Shown here: one piece after another, positions 1 to 9,220 of the stretch
How positions within the stretch are numbered: position 1 is the first letter of the stretch
Layout of the letters: each line of letters begins with the position of its first letter
Source: a virus
Taxonomy: Duplodnaviria > Caudoviricetes
Virus record (IMG/VR): IMGVR_UViG_3300024346_000006
DNA: 64,000 bases
Strand: one strand, 5' to 3'
Made by a program: the position numbers and the translations under genes
The notes under the pieces: model-generated
Told to the model about the DNA's origin: nothing
The model's input: only the letters and a program-made list of their open reading frames with translations
Databases searched by the model: none

Positions 1-1
1 A

Positions 2-457
2 ACTCAAGTAAATAATTTAGTAGATGCAGCGCCGGGCGCATTAGATACTCTCAATGAACTTGCAGCAGCACTTGGAGATGATGCCAACTTCTCCACAACA
101 GTTACTAACTCAATAGCGAATATTACCAATGTTGTTGCCTTAACTCACACAGGAACATTAAGTGCATATACTGGTACTAAAAGATGGTATGCACCAAAAA
201 ATATTACAATTAGTAAAATTAAATCAAGAGTAGACACTGCACCAACAGGAGCTGGAGTAGTCATACAAATAAACAAAACAAGTTCAGGAGTCACCACAAA
301 CCAACAATTGACTGTTGCAAATGGAACTACACTGATATCTGATACATCTCCAATAATCTCTTCTATGTCAGAAGACGATTTCTTAACTATTGATATTGTT
401 TCAGTTGGGTCTACGGTTGCTGGAGAAAATTTAACAGTAGAAATAACATATAAATAG
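2..457 (+). CDS. Tail fibre/virion structural protein, 3' part (5'-truncated by window; missing from ORF track)
   Basis: Frame +2 is open from base 2 to TAG at 455-457. It reads TQVNNLVDAAPGALDTLNELAAALGDDANFSTTVTNS..., a typical phage tail-fibre coiled motif, and ends GENLTVEITYK. Confidence 0.8.
   Translation, partial: TQVNNLVDAAPGALDTLNELAAALGDDANFSTTVTNSIANITNVVALTHTGTLSAYTGTKRWYAPKNITISKIKSRVDTAPTGAGVVIQINKTSSGVTTNQQLTVANGTTLISDTSPIISSMSEDDFLTIDIVSVGSTVAGENLTVEITYK
449..456 (+). promoter_or_regulatory. T4-type late promoter TATAAATA
   Basis: Exact consensus ~22 nt upstream of ORF 479, followed by an AGGAG RBS; gp55 is encoded in this window. Confidence 0.65.
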
Positions 458-478
458 TTAAAAATTAGGAGATAACAA

Positions 479-1600
479 ATGTACATCAAATATGTCATCA
501 ATAGTACTGCACAGGACACTGCATGGGATTTGATGAGACTCATTACAGGACAAATCACAACCATTGGACAGTGTGTTGGTGCTGGATCGGGATCATCTAT
601 CACTGGAACAGGGCCAACTACTGGTACTTATCATACACCTGTGATTGGTACAGATTATTCAACCGCATTTACTACGCAAGGACAAGACGATTATTTTGCA
701 GTAACTAAAAAACATGTTCAATATGATGGAACAACTTTTGATGTAGAATGCCAATTAAAAATATTGGGTTCTTCTGGACATGGTGGATTTACTGCATACT
801 CAAGGGATGGACTTCAGAGTCCATTAGGGTCAACCGCCACTGTTGCCGGAATGAGCCAGCTGAGTATAACGCACACCACCAATAGAGAATATCATCTCAT
901 TGTAAATGATACAACACTGGCGTTTCAATCAATAGATACAACAACAGCAGATCCAACAAACCAAAAATATAAGTTAACTGTCTGGTCAGATTTTGTTAAA
1001 AATGACTACGATGTAGATGCTCTTAGTCAAAATAGTAATTATTATCCTGGCTGTTGGATGGAATGTGGTTCAGAAAACCCAACAGACAACTATCATACCG
1101 AAACGAATTGGAGTAACAATGGTTTCGTAATTGGCAGATTTGAGGCATGGAAACCAAATGGTACATTTTTCAACACACAAATGGATAGTACTTACGGAAG
1201 TTCATACAATATGTATATGTTCAGAACAGCGGAATCTTCACAAAATTATGAGAACTTTTGTACAATGGTTCCTTCGCCTGCCGCAAGAATTCCAGAAACA
1301 CCAACTTCTGCTGGACAACAACCCCCACTAATTCCTTGTCAATGGTTTCCAATGAACTGGGCAGGGTATGCATACAATGATACAAATCCAGATGTTGATA
1401 CAAGATATCATTCTGTGATGTTGAATACTTACAGAACTGCAGATTCGGTTGGATATATTGGAGATACTTTACAAACAGCAGATACAACGGAGTATGTCAT
1501 TTTTAGAGGACACAGAAGTTCGAGTTATATGAATAGCGCTACAAACAACGCATATCAACCAACATGTTGGGCATTTCCAACTAATAATGTTGGTGTCTAA
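479..1600 (+). CDS. Putative virion structural/receptor-binding protein (373 aa)
   Basis: T/G/S/N/Y-rich, beta-like composition; AGGAG RBS; located in fibre cluster. Confidence 0.55.
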   Translation: MYIKYVINSTAQDTAWDLMRLITGQITTIGQCVGAGSGSSITGTGPTTGTYHTPVIGTDYSTAFTTQGQDDYFAVTKKHVQYDGTTFDVECQLKILGSSGHGGFTAYSRDGLQSPLGSTATVAGMSQLSITHTTNREYHLIVNDTTLAFQSIDTTTADPTNQKYKLTVWSDFVKNDYDVDALSQNSNYYPGCWMECGSENPTDNYHTETNWSNNGFVIGRFEAWKPNGTFFNTQMDSTYGSSYNMYMFRTAESSQNYENFCTMVPSPAARIPETPTSAGQQPPLIPCQWFPMNWAGYAYNDTNPDVDTRYHSVMLNTYRTADSVGYIGDTLQTADTTEYVIFRGHRSSSYMNSATNNAYQPTCWAFPTNNVGV

Positions 1601-1857
1601 TGGCGTTAATTTCTCCATCAGCAGTATTATTTAAACTTGCTGCAGAACCAACTATGGTTACTGCTGCAAATATTATAATTCCAGTTAGTACTTCTGCAGT
1701 ATCATTTAAACTTGCTGCAGAACCAACTATGGTTACTGCTGCAAATATTATACTTCCAGTTAGTACTTCTGCAGTAAGTTTTATTCCTGCAGCTTCTGGT
1801 GGTGGTGGTGGTGGAGCTCCAACTCCAGTAGATCAACAAAACTGGTCAAATTATTAA
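1600..1857 (+). CDS. Small repeat-containing virion accessory protein (85 aa)
   Basis: TAATG coupling to the upstream gene; 25-aa tandem repeat, GGGGGG linker, C-terminal PVDQQNWSNY. Confidence 0.65.
   Translation: MALISPSAVLFKLAAEPTMVTAANIIIPVSTSAVSFKLAAEPTMVTAANIILPVSTSAVSFIPAASGGGGGGAPTPVDQQNWSNY
1621..1776 (+). repeat. 75-bp in-frame tandem repeat (2 copies plus 6 nt)
   Basis: gcagta...tagtacttct recurs at 1621, 1696 and 1771; the copies differ at only a few positions. Confidence 0.95.
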
Positions 1858-1873
1858 AAATAGGATTCTATAA

Positions 1874-3931
1874 ATGGCAGATAATAACTTAAACACATCA
1901 ATTGCATCACTAAAAACAGAATTACTAAGTGCAATTCCAACTGCAACTGCAAGTGGTTTGTTGGATCTTGCTCGTTCTGCAAAGGGTATAGGTTTATCTG
2001 AAGATGCCGATATTGAAAATGCAGTAAACTCCAGAGCAAACACACTTATTTCAACTGCAACTACTGACGAATTGATTAGAATTTCTTCTGCAGTAAAACA
2101 ACTTAGAAATCCAACAAATATCACAGTAACAAATATTACTTCTGTTACTGGTGATTTAATTCCAGATACTAACGAGGCATATGATTTAGGTAGTGTATCG
2201 AATAGATTTCGTGATCTTTACATCAGTGGAAACACACTAAACATTGGTGGTACTGAAATTTCGATTGATGCAGAAGGAAATGTTGTTCTACCATCTGGTT
2301 CTAAAGTAGGTACGGATGCAATTCCAAGGAATATAGACGATTTAGCAAATGTTGATACTGATGTACAACCAGAAACACTAGAAATTCAAGTTGCAGACCC
2401 AACTGCAGGACATGGAACTGCATGGCAATGGACTTGGACACAATCTGCACTACCATACGCAAGAACAACAATTACAAATCAAACTCAAACAAGTGTTCCG
2501 CTATACATGCAAGGTACATATCAAATCAATAACTTTGCAAATACTCAATATGGGTCAATGACACAGGCACATCAGTTTAAGTTGAAATGGATTGAAGGTG
2601 CAGGAGATGATAATTTAGTTTCTTGGGCGACCTCTTCGACAGTCAATCATTCCCATCCAGACATTAACAGTGGCAACACAACTAGTGTTCAAAGACTTGC
2701 TGTTTCTGTTCCATCTTCAATTACATTACCAACTCTTACTGCACCATCGGTTTCTTACACAGTAACAGCAGTAACTGGGGCATATGTGTTTAGTGGAACT
2801 GCAAGTGGTAATAATCCAGAGATTGGCCCATTCTATCGTGGTGGTACATATACTGTAGATATTAATGCTGTAGGACATCCATTCTATTTTACTACTGATA
2901 ACGGTACTGGATTTGTTGCAGGAGATTATATTGGTGAATGGACAAGTGGTGTTACAAACTCTAGAGCTGATAACGGCACAATCACATTTACTGTTCCTTT
3001 AAATGCACCAGACGAATTATATTATCAGTGTGGAAATCACGCAAACATGAGAGGAACAATTCGTGTAAAGGATTTGACAGTAGAACAGAATGAAAATGGA
3101 AACTACATCATTTATGGACAACACTCGCAAGAAAAACATGCTCAAAAAATAGAAATTCGTCCAATTCCAACTCTTACATCACAAATGTGTCTGGTATATG
3201 ATGCAACAACCTCTAAATTTGTACCACAAGACTTATCAACATATGTAGAAAACACTCCAGCATTTAAAAACAAGATTAAAGAAGTTGCTGGTACTGCAAC
3301 ATTAGTTGCACCAGATGGAACATCTTTAGTTGCATCTGTAGAAATTTATTCACTAGAATCATATCTACCTCTTGTTGGAAATACTAATGGAGACATTGCA
3401 TTTGCACAAGATACAAGTAAGTTGTATATTTGGGATGGTTCTCAATGGATCACTGCAGTCGCAGATGGTAGTGCAACTGGTTCTGGTGGGGCAGGAGTCA
3501 CAACATATGCACTTTTAGCAGATTTACCAACAACAGATAATACTCAAGGTGATCTTGGATTTGTTACCGCAACCAAAGCACTTTATGTATGGGATGGAAC
3601 GTCTTGGGTAAATTCAAATGCAAACACCACATTTTATATGTTACGAGCAGGAAACTTTGTCGCACCTTTGACTGGAACAAAAACATTCAGTCCAGATAGA
3701 ACTGTTTCATTACAAACATTAACTGCGACAATAGAACAATCAGTAAATGCTGCCGTAATTTTTTCAATAAATAAAAATGGAAGTGAATTGCAACAGTTTA
3801 CAATTCCAACTGGACAAAATACAGTCACAGCAAATTTCACAACAAATTCAATTTTAACTACAGATACACTAACCTTAGATGTAGATAGTGGTTCGGGAGA
3901 AAATTTAACAGTAAAAGTTGATTATGTATAA
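1874..3931 (+). CDS. Tail fibre/virion structural protein with internal cupredoxin-like domain (685 aa)
   Basis: GDLIPDTNEAYDLGS...FRDLYISG fibre motif; GHPF...YYQCGNHANM copper-ligand pattern; repeated LYxWDGxxW motifs; C-terminus GENLTVKVDYV resembles that of ORF 2-457. Confidence 0.7.
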   Translation: MADNNLNTSIASLKTELLSAIPTATASGLLDLARSAKGIGLSEDADIENAVNSRANTLISTATTDELIRISSAVKQLRNPTNITVTNITSVTGDLIPDTNEAYDLGSVSNRFRDLYISGNTLNIGGTEISIDAEGNVVLPSGSKVGTDAIPRNIDDLANVDTDVQPETLEIQVADPTAGHGTAWQWTWTQSALPYARTTITNQTQTSVPLYMQGTYQINNFANTQYGSMTQAHQFKLKWIEGAGDDNLVSWATSSTVNHSHPDINSGNTTSVQRLAVSVPSSITLPTLTAPSVSYTVTAVTGAYVFSGTASGNNPEIGPFYRGGTYTVDINAVGHPFYFTTDNGTGFVAGDYIGEWTSGVTNSRADNGTITFTVPLNAPDELYYQCGNHANMRGTIRVKDLTVEQNENGNYIIYGQHSQEKHAQKIEIRPIPTLTSQMCLVYDATTSKFVPQDLSTYVENTPAFKNKIKEVAGTATLVAPDGTSLVASVEIYSLESYLPLVGNTNGDIAFAQDTSKLYIWDGSQWITAVADGSATGSGGAGVTTYALLADLPTTDNTQGDLGFVTATKALYVWDGTSWVNSNANTTFYMLRAGNFVAPLTGTKTFSPDRTVSLQTLTATIEQSVNAAVIFSINKNGSELQQFTIPTGQNTVTANFTTNSILTTDTLTLDVDSGSGENLTVKVDYV

Positions 3932-3942
3932 AGGATAAAATA

Positions 3943-4623
3943 GTGAAAATTAAAAAATTTGATACCACATCTTTAGATGATGGTGTGTTTATTGGTAATG
4001 CAAATAATAGTTTTCCATTGAGAGGACACCATCATTATTCTGGGAGTGGTTATGTAAATGTTATAGAAATAGATTTCCCATATTCGAATATGATTAAAGA
4101 AAACTTTGAAGACGAAATTGTTCAAAGATATAATTCCGTAATAGATCAACAAATTGTAGATAATATGGGTTTTAACACTCCTTATAATAACCCCATTTTT
4201 TTAGAAAAAATCACTCCATTATATCACCAAACTATAAAACAGATTTTATGTTGTCTTGAAGGATACGGCATAGAATCTGCAGAACGCCGTAAAGTAATAG
4301 ATTTTCAATGGGAACCAGAAGTGTATATATATGTACAAACAGAAAAGAAAAGTTATAATTTCTGGCACCATCATCAAAGGAAAGGGCATTCCGTTTCTTC
4401 AACATTCTATATAAATATACCAGAAGATGGTGGAGAAATAAAATTTAAATTTGCCGAAGAAGAAATATCTATAAAAGTGCAAGAAGATAAACTCTATCTT
4501 TTTCCGTCTTGGTTATATCATGTTCCAGCAGAACATACAGGAGATAATACAAGAATTTGCATCAATGCAGACTTTTATACACCAAACAGACCATTTTTGA
4601 AAGGTCATAATCAATTTTGGTGA
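3943..4623 (+). CDS. 2OG-Fe(II) oxygenase-like protein
   Basis: WHHH...SSTFYINIPEDGGEIKF...LFPSWLYHVP...RICINADF double-stranded beta-helix pattern. Confidence 0.7.
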   Translation: MKIKKFDTTSLDDGVFIGNANNSFPLRGHHHYSGSGYVNVIEIDFPYSNMIKENFEDEIVQRYNSVIDQQIVDNMGFNTPYNNPIFLEKITPLYHQTIKQILCCLEGYGIESAERRKVIDFQWEPEVYIYVQTEKKSYNFWHHHQRKGHSVSSTFYINIPEDGGEIKFKFAEEEISIKVQEDKLYLFPSWLYHVPAEHTGDNTRICINADFYTPNRPFLKGHNQFW

Positions 4624-4629
4624 AGCTAT

Positions 4630-4643
4630 TATAAATATAAATA
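4630..4643 (+). promoter_or_regulatory. Two overlapping T4-type late promoters (TATAAATATAAATA)
   Basis: Exact consensus at 4630-4637 and 4636-4643, upstream of the AGGAG RBS of ORF 4684. Confidence 0.7.
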
Positions 4644-4683
4644 AGTATAGAATCGAACAACCGAATTAACATAGGAGAAAACC

Positions 4684-6225
4684 ATGGCAGTCACTATCAA
4701 TGGTGGTAATTTAAGTACCAATTGTAAATATCTATCATACGGAGCATCTACGGCTGCAGCAGATGCGAAAACATTTCTTGTTGATATTACAGAAACCCTC
4801 ATCACAATGGGATGGACAAGATTTGATACAGCAGGAGCAGGACTCGTTCTAGGTACAGATGATAACTGTACTAGAGTTATTAGAAGACCAACTGCAGACA
4901 ATGCAACTTCTGGAAACTATCAATATCTTGGTATCACAATCTCACAAGGTGGAACAGCAAACGGTGGTGCAAACTACAGATTGCAATTCAATTATGCAGC
5001 AGATTGGACAGATGCAGCATCCGCAACAGGATATTCTAACCCAATCAGACTTCCTCATGGAACCGAAAGTAGTTGGTGGAAAAATGATGCTGGAGGCCCA
5101 TATGTAGATACAATGATTGGATATACTGCAGCTGGAACCATTTGGTTGTTTAACAGTCCTTACGCAACATCAATAGTATTTACAAATGCCGCACAGGTTA
5201 ATGACGGAACAAATGTTTTCTTCTTTGGAGAATACAACAAATCATTTGGTGAAAACATGCCGAGTGCAGGACAATATATCCACAATGGAATCTCATTTAA
5301 CGGAAGAGAACTTTGCGACCATGCTGGTGCAAACAGAGGAAACTCACCACTAATCTGTCAGTTGACAAATGGATATTCTTATAGTTATTATAGAGTCGAT
5401 GGTTGGAACAGTAACACCTATGGTGGTGCAAAGTCGATGGACGAAGGAAATATGTCTACAACCCAAAACAACTTTTCGTACCAAATCAACCAAAGAGGAT
5501 ATTCAAGACCACAATTTGTTCTAACTGAATATCCGACACATACAAATGGTTCGACTGGTAGAAGTGCTGGTAGAGGTATTGAAGGAACCCCAGAGGCATG
5601 GAACAACTCATATATTGGTGGTTGGAATACTCAATCTCCAACTAGATTGCATATGGGATGGTTAGGATGGGTTGGCCACCAAGGCCCAATGGCATATTGT
5701 CTGAGTTCTTATGGTACAACTTCAGGGACTCAGAACTCATCGACCTATCTGAATGGCGTAGGTAAAGCTTTCAATTCACACTTCTTTAATGGATTGGATT
5801 ATACTTGGGCTGGTGCAAAGGGTTGGTTGTCGGAATTTGGAGGTAAATCTCTTGACAGTCAAGATGATGGATTTGTAATATACGAACCATCTGTTAGTGT
5901 GGGTTCTACAGGAAAAATGGCCGGTACTAATATTTCCACAGGATTGAGCTGGCAAACAGGTAACTACACAAACACTAATTATACTCTTTATTCCGCATTC
6001 AATACACAGTCCTATGCTGGTACAAATATTAAATTCTCAGTAATGGGTAAAATTGCTGGTTTGAAGTTGTCTATGGGATTTTCAGACAACTTCATTGCAT
6101 TCTTGGATGCTGCATCAATTCCTGTTGACGCTGGTGGATATTTCCAGACAGGTGGTACTGACACAGATCACTGGTGTATTCCACTCAATGAAGGTGGCCA
6201 GGTTGTAATGTGGATGCCAAAATAA
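4684..6225 (+). CDS. Putative virion structural/receptor-binding protein (513 aa)
   Basis: G/T/N/S/Y/W-rich; own late promoter; located in fibre cluster. Confidence 0.55.
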   Translation: MAVTINGGNLSTNCKYLSYGASTAAADAKTFLVDITETLITMGWTRFDTAGAGLVLGTDDNCTRVIRRPTADNATSGNYQYLGITISQGGTANGGANYRLQFNYAADWTDAASATGYSNPIRLPHGTESSWWKNDAGGPYVDTMIGYTAAGTIWLFNSPYATSIVFTNAAQVNDGTNVFFFGEYNKSFGENMPSAGQYIHNGISFNGRELCDHAGANRGNSPLICQLTNGYSYSYYRVDGWNSNTYGGAKSMDEGNMSTTQNNFSYQINQRGYSRPQFVLTEYPTHTNGSTGRSAGRGIEGTPEAWNNSYIGGWNTQSPTRLHMGWLGWVGHQGPMAYCLSSYGTTSGTQNSSTYLNGVGKAFNSHFFNGLDYTWAGAKGWLSEFGGKSLDSQDDGFVIYEPSVSVGSTGKMAGTNISTGLSWQTGNYTNTNYTLYSAFNTQSYAGTNIKFSVMGKIAGLKLSMGFSDNFIAFLDAASIPVDAGGYFQTGGTDTDHWCIPLNEGGQVVMWMPK

Positions 6226-6237
6226 AGAGTCGTATAA

Positions 6238-6756
6238 ATGGCAACGTTAACAGATACCATACCTAATATTACATATGCAGATGACCCTGTAATTACTGCA
6301 GTTACAGGATATACATTTGATACTCAGATGGAATCATATGATTCTTCTGCGGTAGAGTATAATGGAGAAGTCACATACTTACTAGAAAAAACTAGTAGTC
6401 AAATAAATTGGACTGCAGATGAAAATTTTGGTGGATTAGAGGCAAATAGTAATAATGTTCTGGATTCTTCTTTAGTAGAATATACAGGACAGTTAACTGG
6501 TTATCAAATTAAAACCAGTTCTCAGTCGAATTTGAATTTTAATAGTTATGCAATAATAGAAATAGAAAATAATACTTTAACACAAGAACCTTCGTTTACT
6601 GGACAATTACAGTTTACTATTGTAAAAGTGAGTTCTGCAATTCCATTCACTGGTTTTACACATGCATCAAGTTCATTTGGAGAAGGTACTGGAGCATCAA
6701 CAACCACAGGAACCGGCCCAACACAAGACGATAGTTACGAAATTTTAATACAATAG
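6238..6756 (+). CDS. Small acidic repeat-containing virion accessory protein (172 aa)
   Basis: Degenerate repeats DSSAVEYNGEVTYLLEKTSSQ / DSSLVEYTGQLTGYQIKTSSQ / EPSFTGQLQFTIVKVSS, then a G/T linker and short tail. Confidence 0.6.
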   Translation: MATLTDTIPNITYADDPVITAVTGYTFDTQMESYDSSAVEYNGEVTYLLEKTSSQINWTADENFGGLEANSNNVLDSSLVEYTGQLTGYQIKTSSQSNLNFNSYAIIEIENNTLTQEPSFTGQLQFTIVKVSSAIPFTGFTHASSSFGEGTGASTTTGTGPTQDDSYEILIQ

Positions 6757-6766
6757 GAGATAAAAA

Positions 6767-7117
6767 ATGGCAACAGCAGAAGAATGGACAAATTTTGTAG
6801 GGGGCAATCTCCCAACAGATATGGCCAAAGTTTATATTTACAAAACAGAACTCGCAGAAGGAGAGTTTCTAAGGAAACTTGCAGGCGAATGTATTAGTGG
6901 AATGATTCTAATTCTAAATCCAAATAATGATGAAGTGAACGAACCAATTGTTCTTACTAATGCCCAACCTCATACTAGTGCTGAAAGATGGACATTAGTA
7001 AAAGAATTTGACAATGTATCTAAACTGGATTTAGCTGTGGTAATTGAGGAGGAACCAGAAATGCCCCCACATGAAGATCCAAATTGGGAAGGCGAAGGCG
7101 AGGCATATAGTTACTAA
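6767..7117 (+). CDS. Hypothetical acidic protein (116 aa)
   Basis: AGGAG RBS; last gene before a terminator. Confidence 0.6.
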   Translation: MATAEEWTNFVGGNLPTDMAKVYIYKTELAEGEFLRKLAGECISGMILILNPNNDEVNEPIVLTNAQPHTSAERWTLVKEFDNVSKLDLAVVIEEEPEMPPHEDPNWEGEGEAYSY

Positions 7118-7134
7118 TACTACAATTAGAAGAT

Positions 7135-7166
7135 AAAAAATAGGGGATTTAATCCCCTATTTTTTT
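7135..7166. terminator. Bidirectional intrinsic terminator
   Basis: aaaaaataggggatt-t-aatcccctattttttt: perfect inverted repeat with A/T tails between convergent genes. Confidence 0.9.
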
Positions 7167-7864
7167 GGCAAATACCTTTCTGCAAGTGGAAACACTTCAG
7201 AAATCACTTTCGCACATTGATGTGCAATTTGCATATGTTCTTTTTGAGTTCCGTTTGCACCACGGAGTTCGATATAATGAATCCAGCTACGAATACTTCC
7301 CTTCATATACAGTCTGGTTTTTGTAAGGCCTTCTGGAAGTAGAGCTCTTGCCTGTTCTTTTGCGATACCATTTTCAATCGCCCAGTCATATGCCTTTCGT
7401 GCAGTTTCAATAACACCAGATTGTCTTCTATTCCATTCTGCAATTAATTCCTGATGGCTGATATTTTGCACAAGACTTGGGTCAGTTTCAATCTCAATAG
7501 AGTTTTGTCTGTTTTCATGATCTTGCAATCTACATTCTCTCTTTACAAACATGTCTCCCATTTCTTTGGGATTTGCATACCTTTGTGAAAATTCTTGAAA
7601 TGAAAAACTACGGTGTCTCACCATTTGATGGGCAATGTCTCTAGTAGTTTCAATTTCCAAACAAACATCAACCATCTCAAATGGACTCCAATGTTTGTGT
7701 TTGATAAGATAAGAAATCAATCTACTATTAGTTTTTTTATTTGACTGATTCGCAGGGTTTGATACTTTTGCAGCATAAGCAATCAAGTCGGTTATATTTT
7801 CTAACTTGACTTCAAAATCATCATTGGGTTGAGTATAACTCACCAATTTTACTATGTTTAACAT
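7157..7864 (-). CDS. thyX: Flavin-dependent thymidylate synthase
   Basis: HWSPFE, RHRSFSFQEFSQRY (RHRx7S motif), EQARALLP, RSWIHYIELR. Confidence 0.97.
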   Translation of the reverse strand: MLNIVKLVSYTQPNDDFEVKLENITDLIAYAAKVSNPANQSNKKTNSRLISYLIKHKHWSPFEMVDVCLEIETTRDIAHQMVRHRSFSFQEFSQRYANPKEMGDMFVKRECRLQDHENRQNSIEIETDPSLVQNISHQELIAEWNRRQSGVIETARKAYDWAIENGIAKEQARALLPEGLTKTRLYMKGSIRSWIHYIELRGANGTQKEHMQIAHQCAKVISEVFPLAERYLPKK

Positions 7865-7872
7865 GAATTCTC

Positions 7873-9117
7873 CTATTCTAAATTCTCGTGGTCTTTAAGT
7901 TTTTCTCTTGACCAGTTCTCAATTGTATCGTGGGCGGTCGGTTTTTTTTTAAAATCGATTTTCATATCGACTTCTGATTCTTTAAATTCTTCTTCTGAAA
8001 GATGCGTTATATTTTCGCCCTTTTTTAATCTTCTATAATATCGTATACTTTGAGAACTTGCAATAACCAATAAAACAGCAAGAGGGTCAAAAACGAATAT
8101 TAAACACAAAATAACAAATCTAACAGCGTCTTCTAAAACTGTTTCATTTACATCATCATATGCGACCTCTGCAACATAACGGATTGGGCCAACTTCTGCC
8201 TCCAACTCTCTATAACTCTTTTCCAGTTCAATTTTTTCTTCATTTAATACTTGAGTTTCTTCAGTAGAAGTTCTAATCTTATTTTTTAAGATTTCTATTT
8301 GTGAAAGTTGAGATACAGATAATTCTAGAACACCAATCTGCGACTTCAACCTATTAATTAACTCTGTACTTTTATTTCTTTCTTCTCTTTGGTTGTCTCT
8401 TAATTCATTGACTCTTTTTCTAGCAGAAGCAATCAATTCACCAACACGTTCTTCTTCTTGTGTTCTAAACTCATCTACTTTTTTTGCAGTCGCACGGCCA
8501 TACTTTCCATCTGGATTTGTCCCTACAAGAGATTGCATAGCAACTACATCATTTTCTGCAAGATATTTTTCTAATAAATCTAAGTTCTTTCTTGCACCAT
8601 TTATAATTTCATTTTGTTCATCAACAAGCAACTGATAATCAGCAACCGCCTGTCTGACTCTATCCTCTTCTCTTTTAATCTCTGCATTTATTTCATCGTT
8701 TCTTACAGAGACAGAGTTTTCAATCTTTGTAATTTCTGCCTGAGAATCTGCAATGATATTATCATTGTTCTCAATCTTAGTAATTACAGTTTCTATCTGT
8801 GCAACGTTCTCTTTTGCATTAGAGGTTTGTTGAATGTGAGCCTTTGAAAGAAACCCGAAGATACCCAAACTGGTTATTAACATTAACACAATTACGGCAA
8901 AAGTCAAGTAACTTTTTAGAAAAAAATTAACTTTTTTCCAGTTCTCAGCTAACCATGCAGCAGTTAATACTTTTGCGACTTCTAGAACAGAAGCCATGAT
9001 TGCAGTAGGCAATACCGCAGCTGCAAATATTGTAACTAAACCAATAATAGAATAATAAGCAGCGACCGTTGATATTGCTATTGCAACCATAAGAAGCAAT
9101 ATTGAAAGAAACATCAA
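7873..9117 (-). CDS. Multi-pass membrane protein with long coiled coil and possible peptidoglycan-binding hairpin
   Basis: About 3 N-terminal hydrophobic helices, ~250-aa coiled coil, C-terminal TM; internal MQSLVGTNPDGKYGRATAKKVDEF. Confidence 0.7.
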   Translation of the reverse strand: MMFLSILLLMVAIAISTVAAYYSIIGLVTIFAAAVLPTAIMASVLEVAKVLTAAWLAENWKKVNFFLKSYLTFAVIVLMLITSLGIFGFLSKAHIQQTSNAKENVAQIETVITKIENNDNIIADSQAEITKIENSVSVRNDEINAEIKREEDRVRQAVADYQLLVDEQNEIINGARKNLDLLEKYLAENDVVAMQSLVGTNPDGKYGRATAKKVDEFRTQEEERVGELIASARKRVNELRDNQREERNKSTELINRLKSQIGVLELSVSQLSQIEILKNKIRTSTEETQVLNEEKIELEKSYRELEAEVGPIRYVAEVAYDDVNETVLEDAVRFVILCLIFVFDPLAVLLVIASSQSIRYYRRLKKGENITHLSEEEFKESEVDMKIDFKKKPTAHDTIENWSREKLKDHENLE

Positions 9118-9145
9118 ATTCTCCGTTTTAAAAAAGTTATAATTA

Positions 9146-9159
9146 TATTTATATAAATA
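9146..9159. promoter_or_regulatory. Overlapping divergent T4-type late promoters
   Basis: tatttataTAAATA: TATAAATA on - (9146-9153) and on + (9152-9159) between divergent ORFs. Confidence 0.7.
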
Positions 9160-9220
9160 ATAGAAACGATATTCTCATATTAAAGGTTTAAAATGGCAAT
9201 TAGTTAAATAAGGTAAAAAA

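Noticed and set aside
145-603. 152-aa minus-strand ORF and the many other antisense/overlapping track ORFs (e.g. 1846-2124, 11847-12200, 23378-23806, 26717-27160, 45345-45923, 59809-60027)
   Set aside because: They shadow well-supported genes on the opposite strand or in another frame, lack RBS or motifs, and have the composition expected of antisense reads of acidic or K-rich genes.
1621-1776. CRISPR-like array
   Set aside because: The repeats are contiguous, in-frame and have no spacers; no cas genes are present.
1869-1876. TATAAATG here and at 6233-6240 as late promoters
   Set aside because: They overlap the ATG itself, so a T4-type transcript would start inside the CDS; probably coincidental in AT-rich DNA.
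479-6756. Diversity-generating retroelement acting on the fibre genes
   Set aside because: No reverse transcriptase motif (YxDD) and no template/variable repeat pair differing at adenines was seen in this window.
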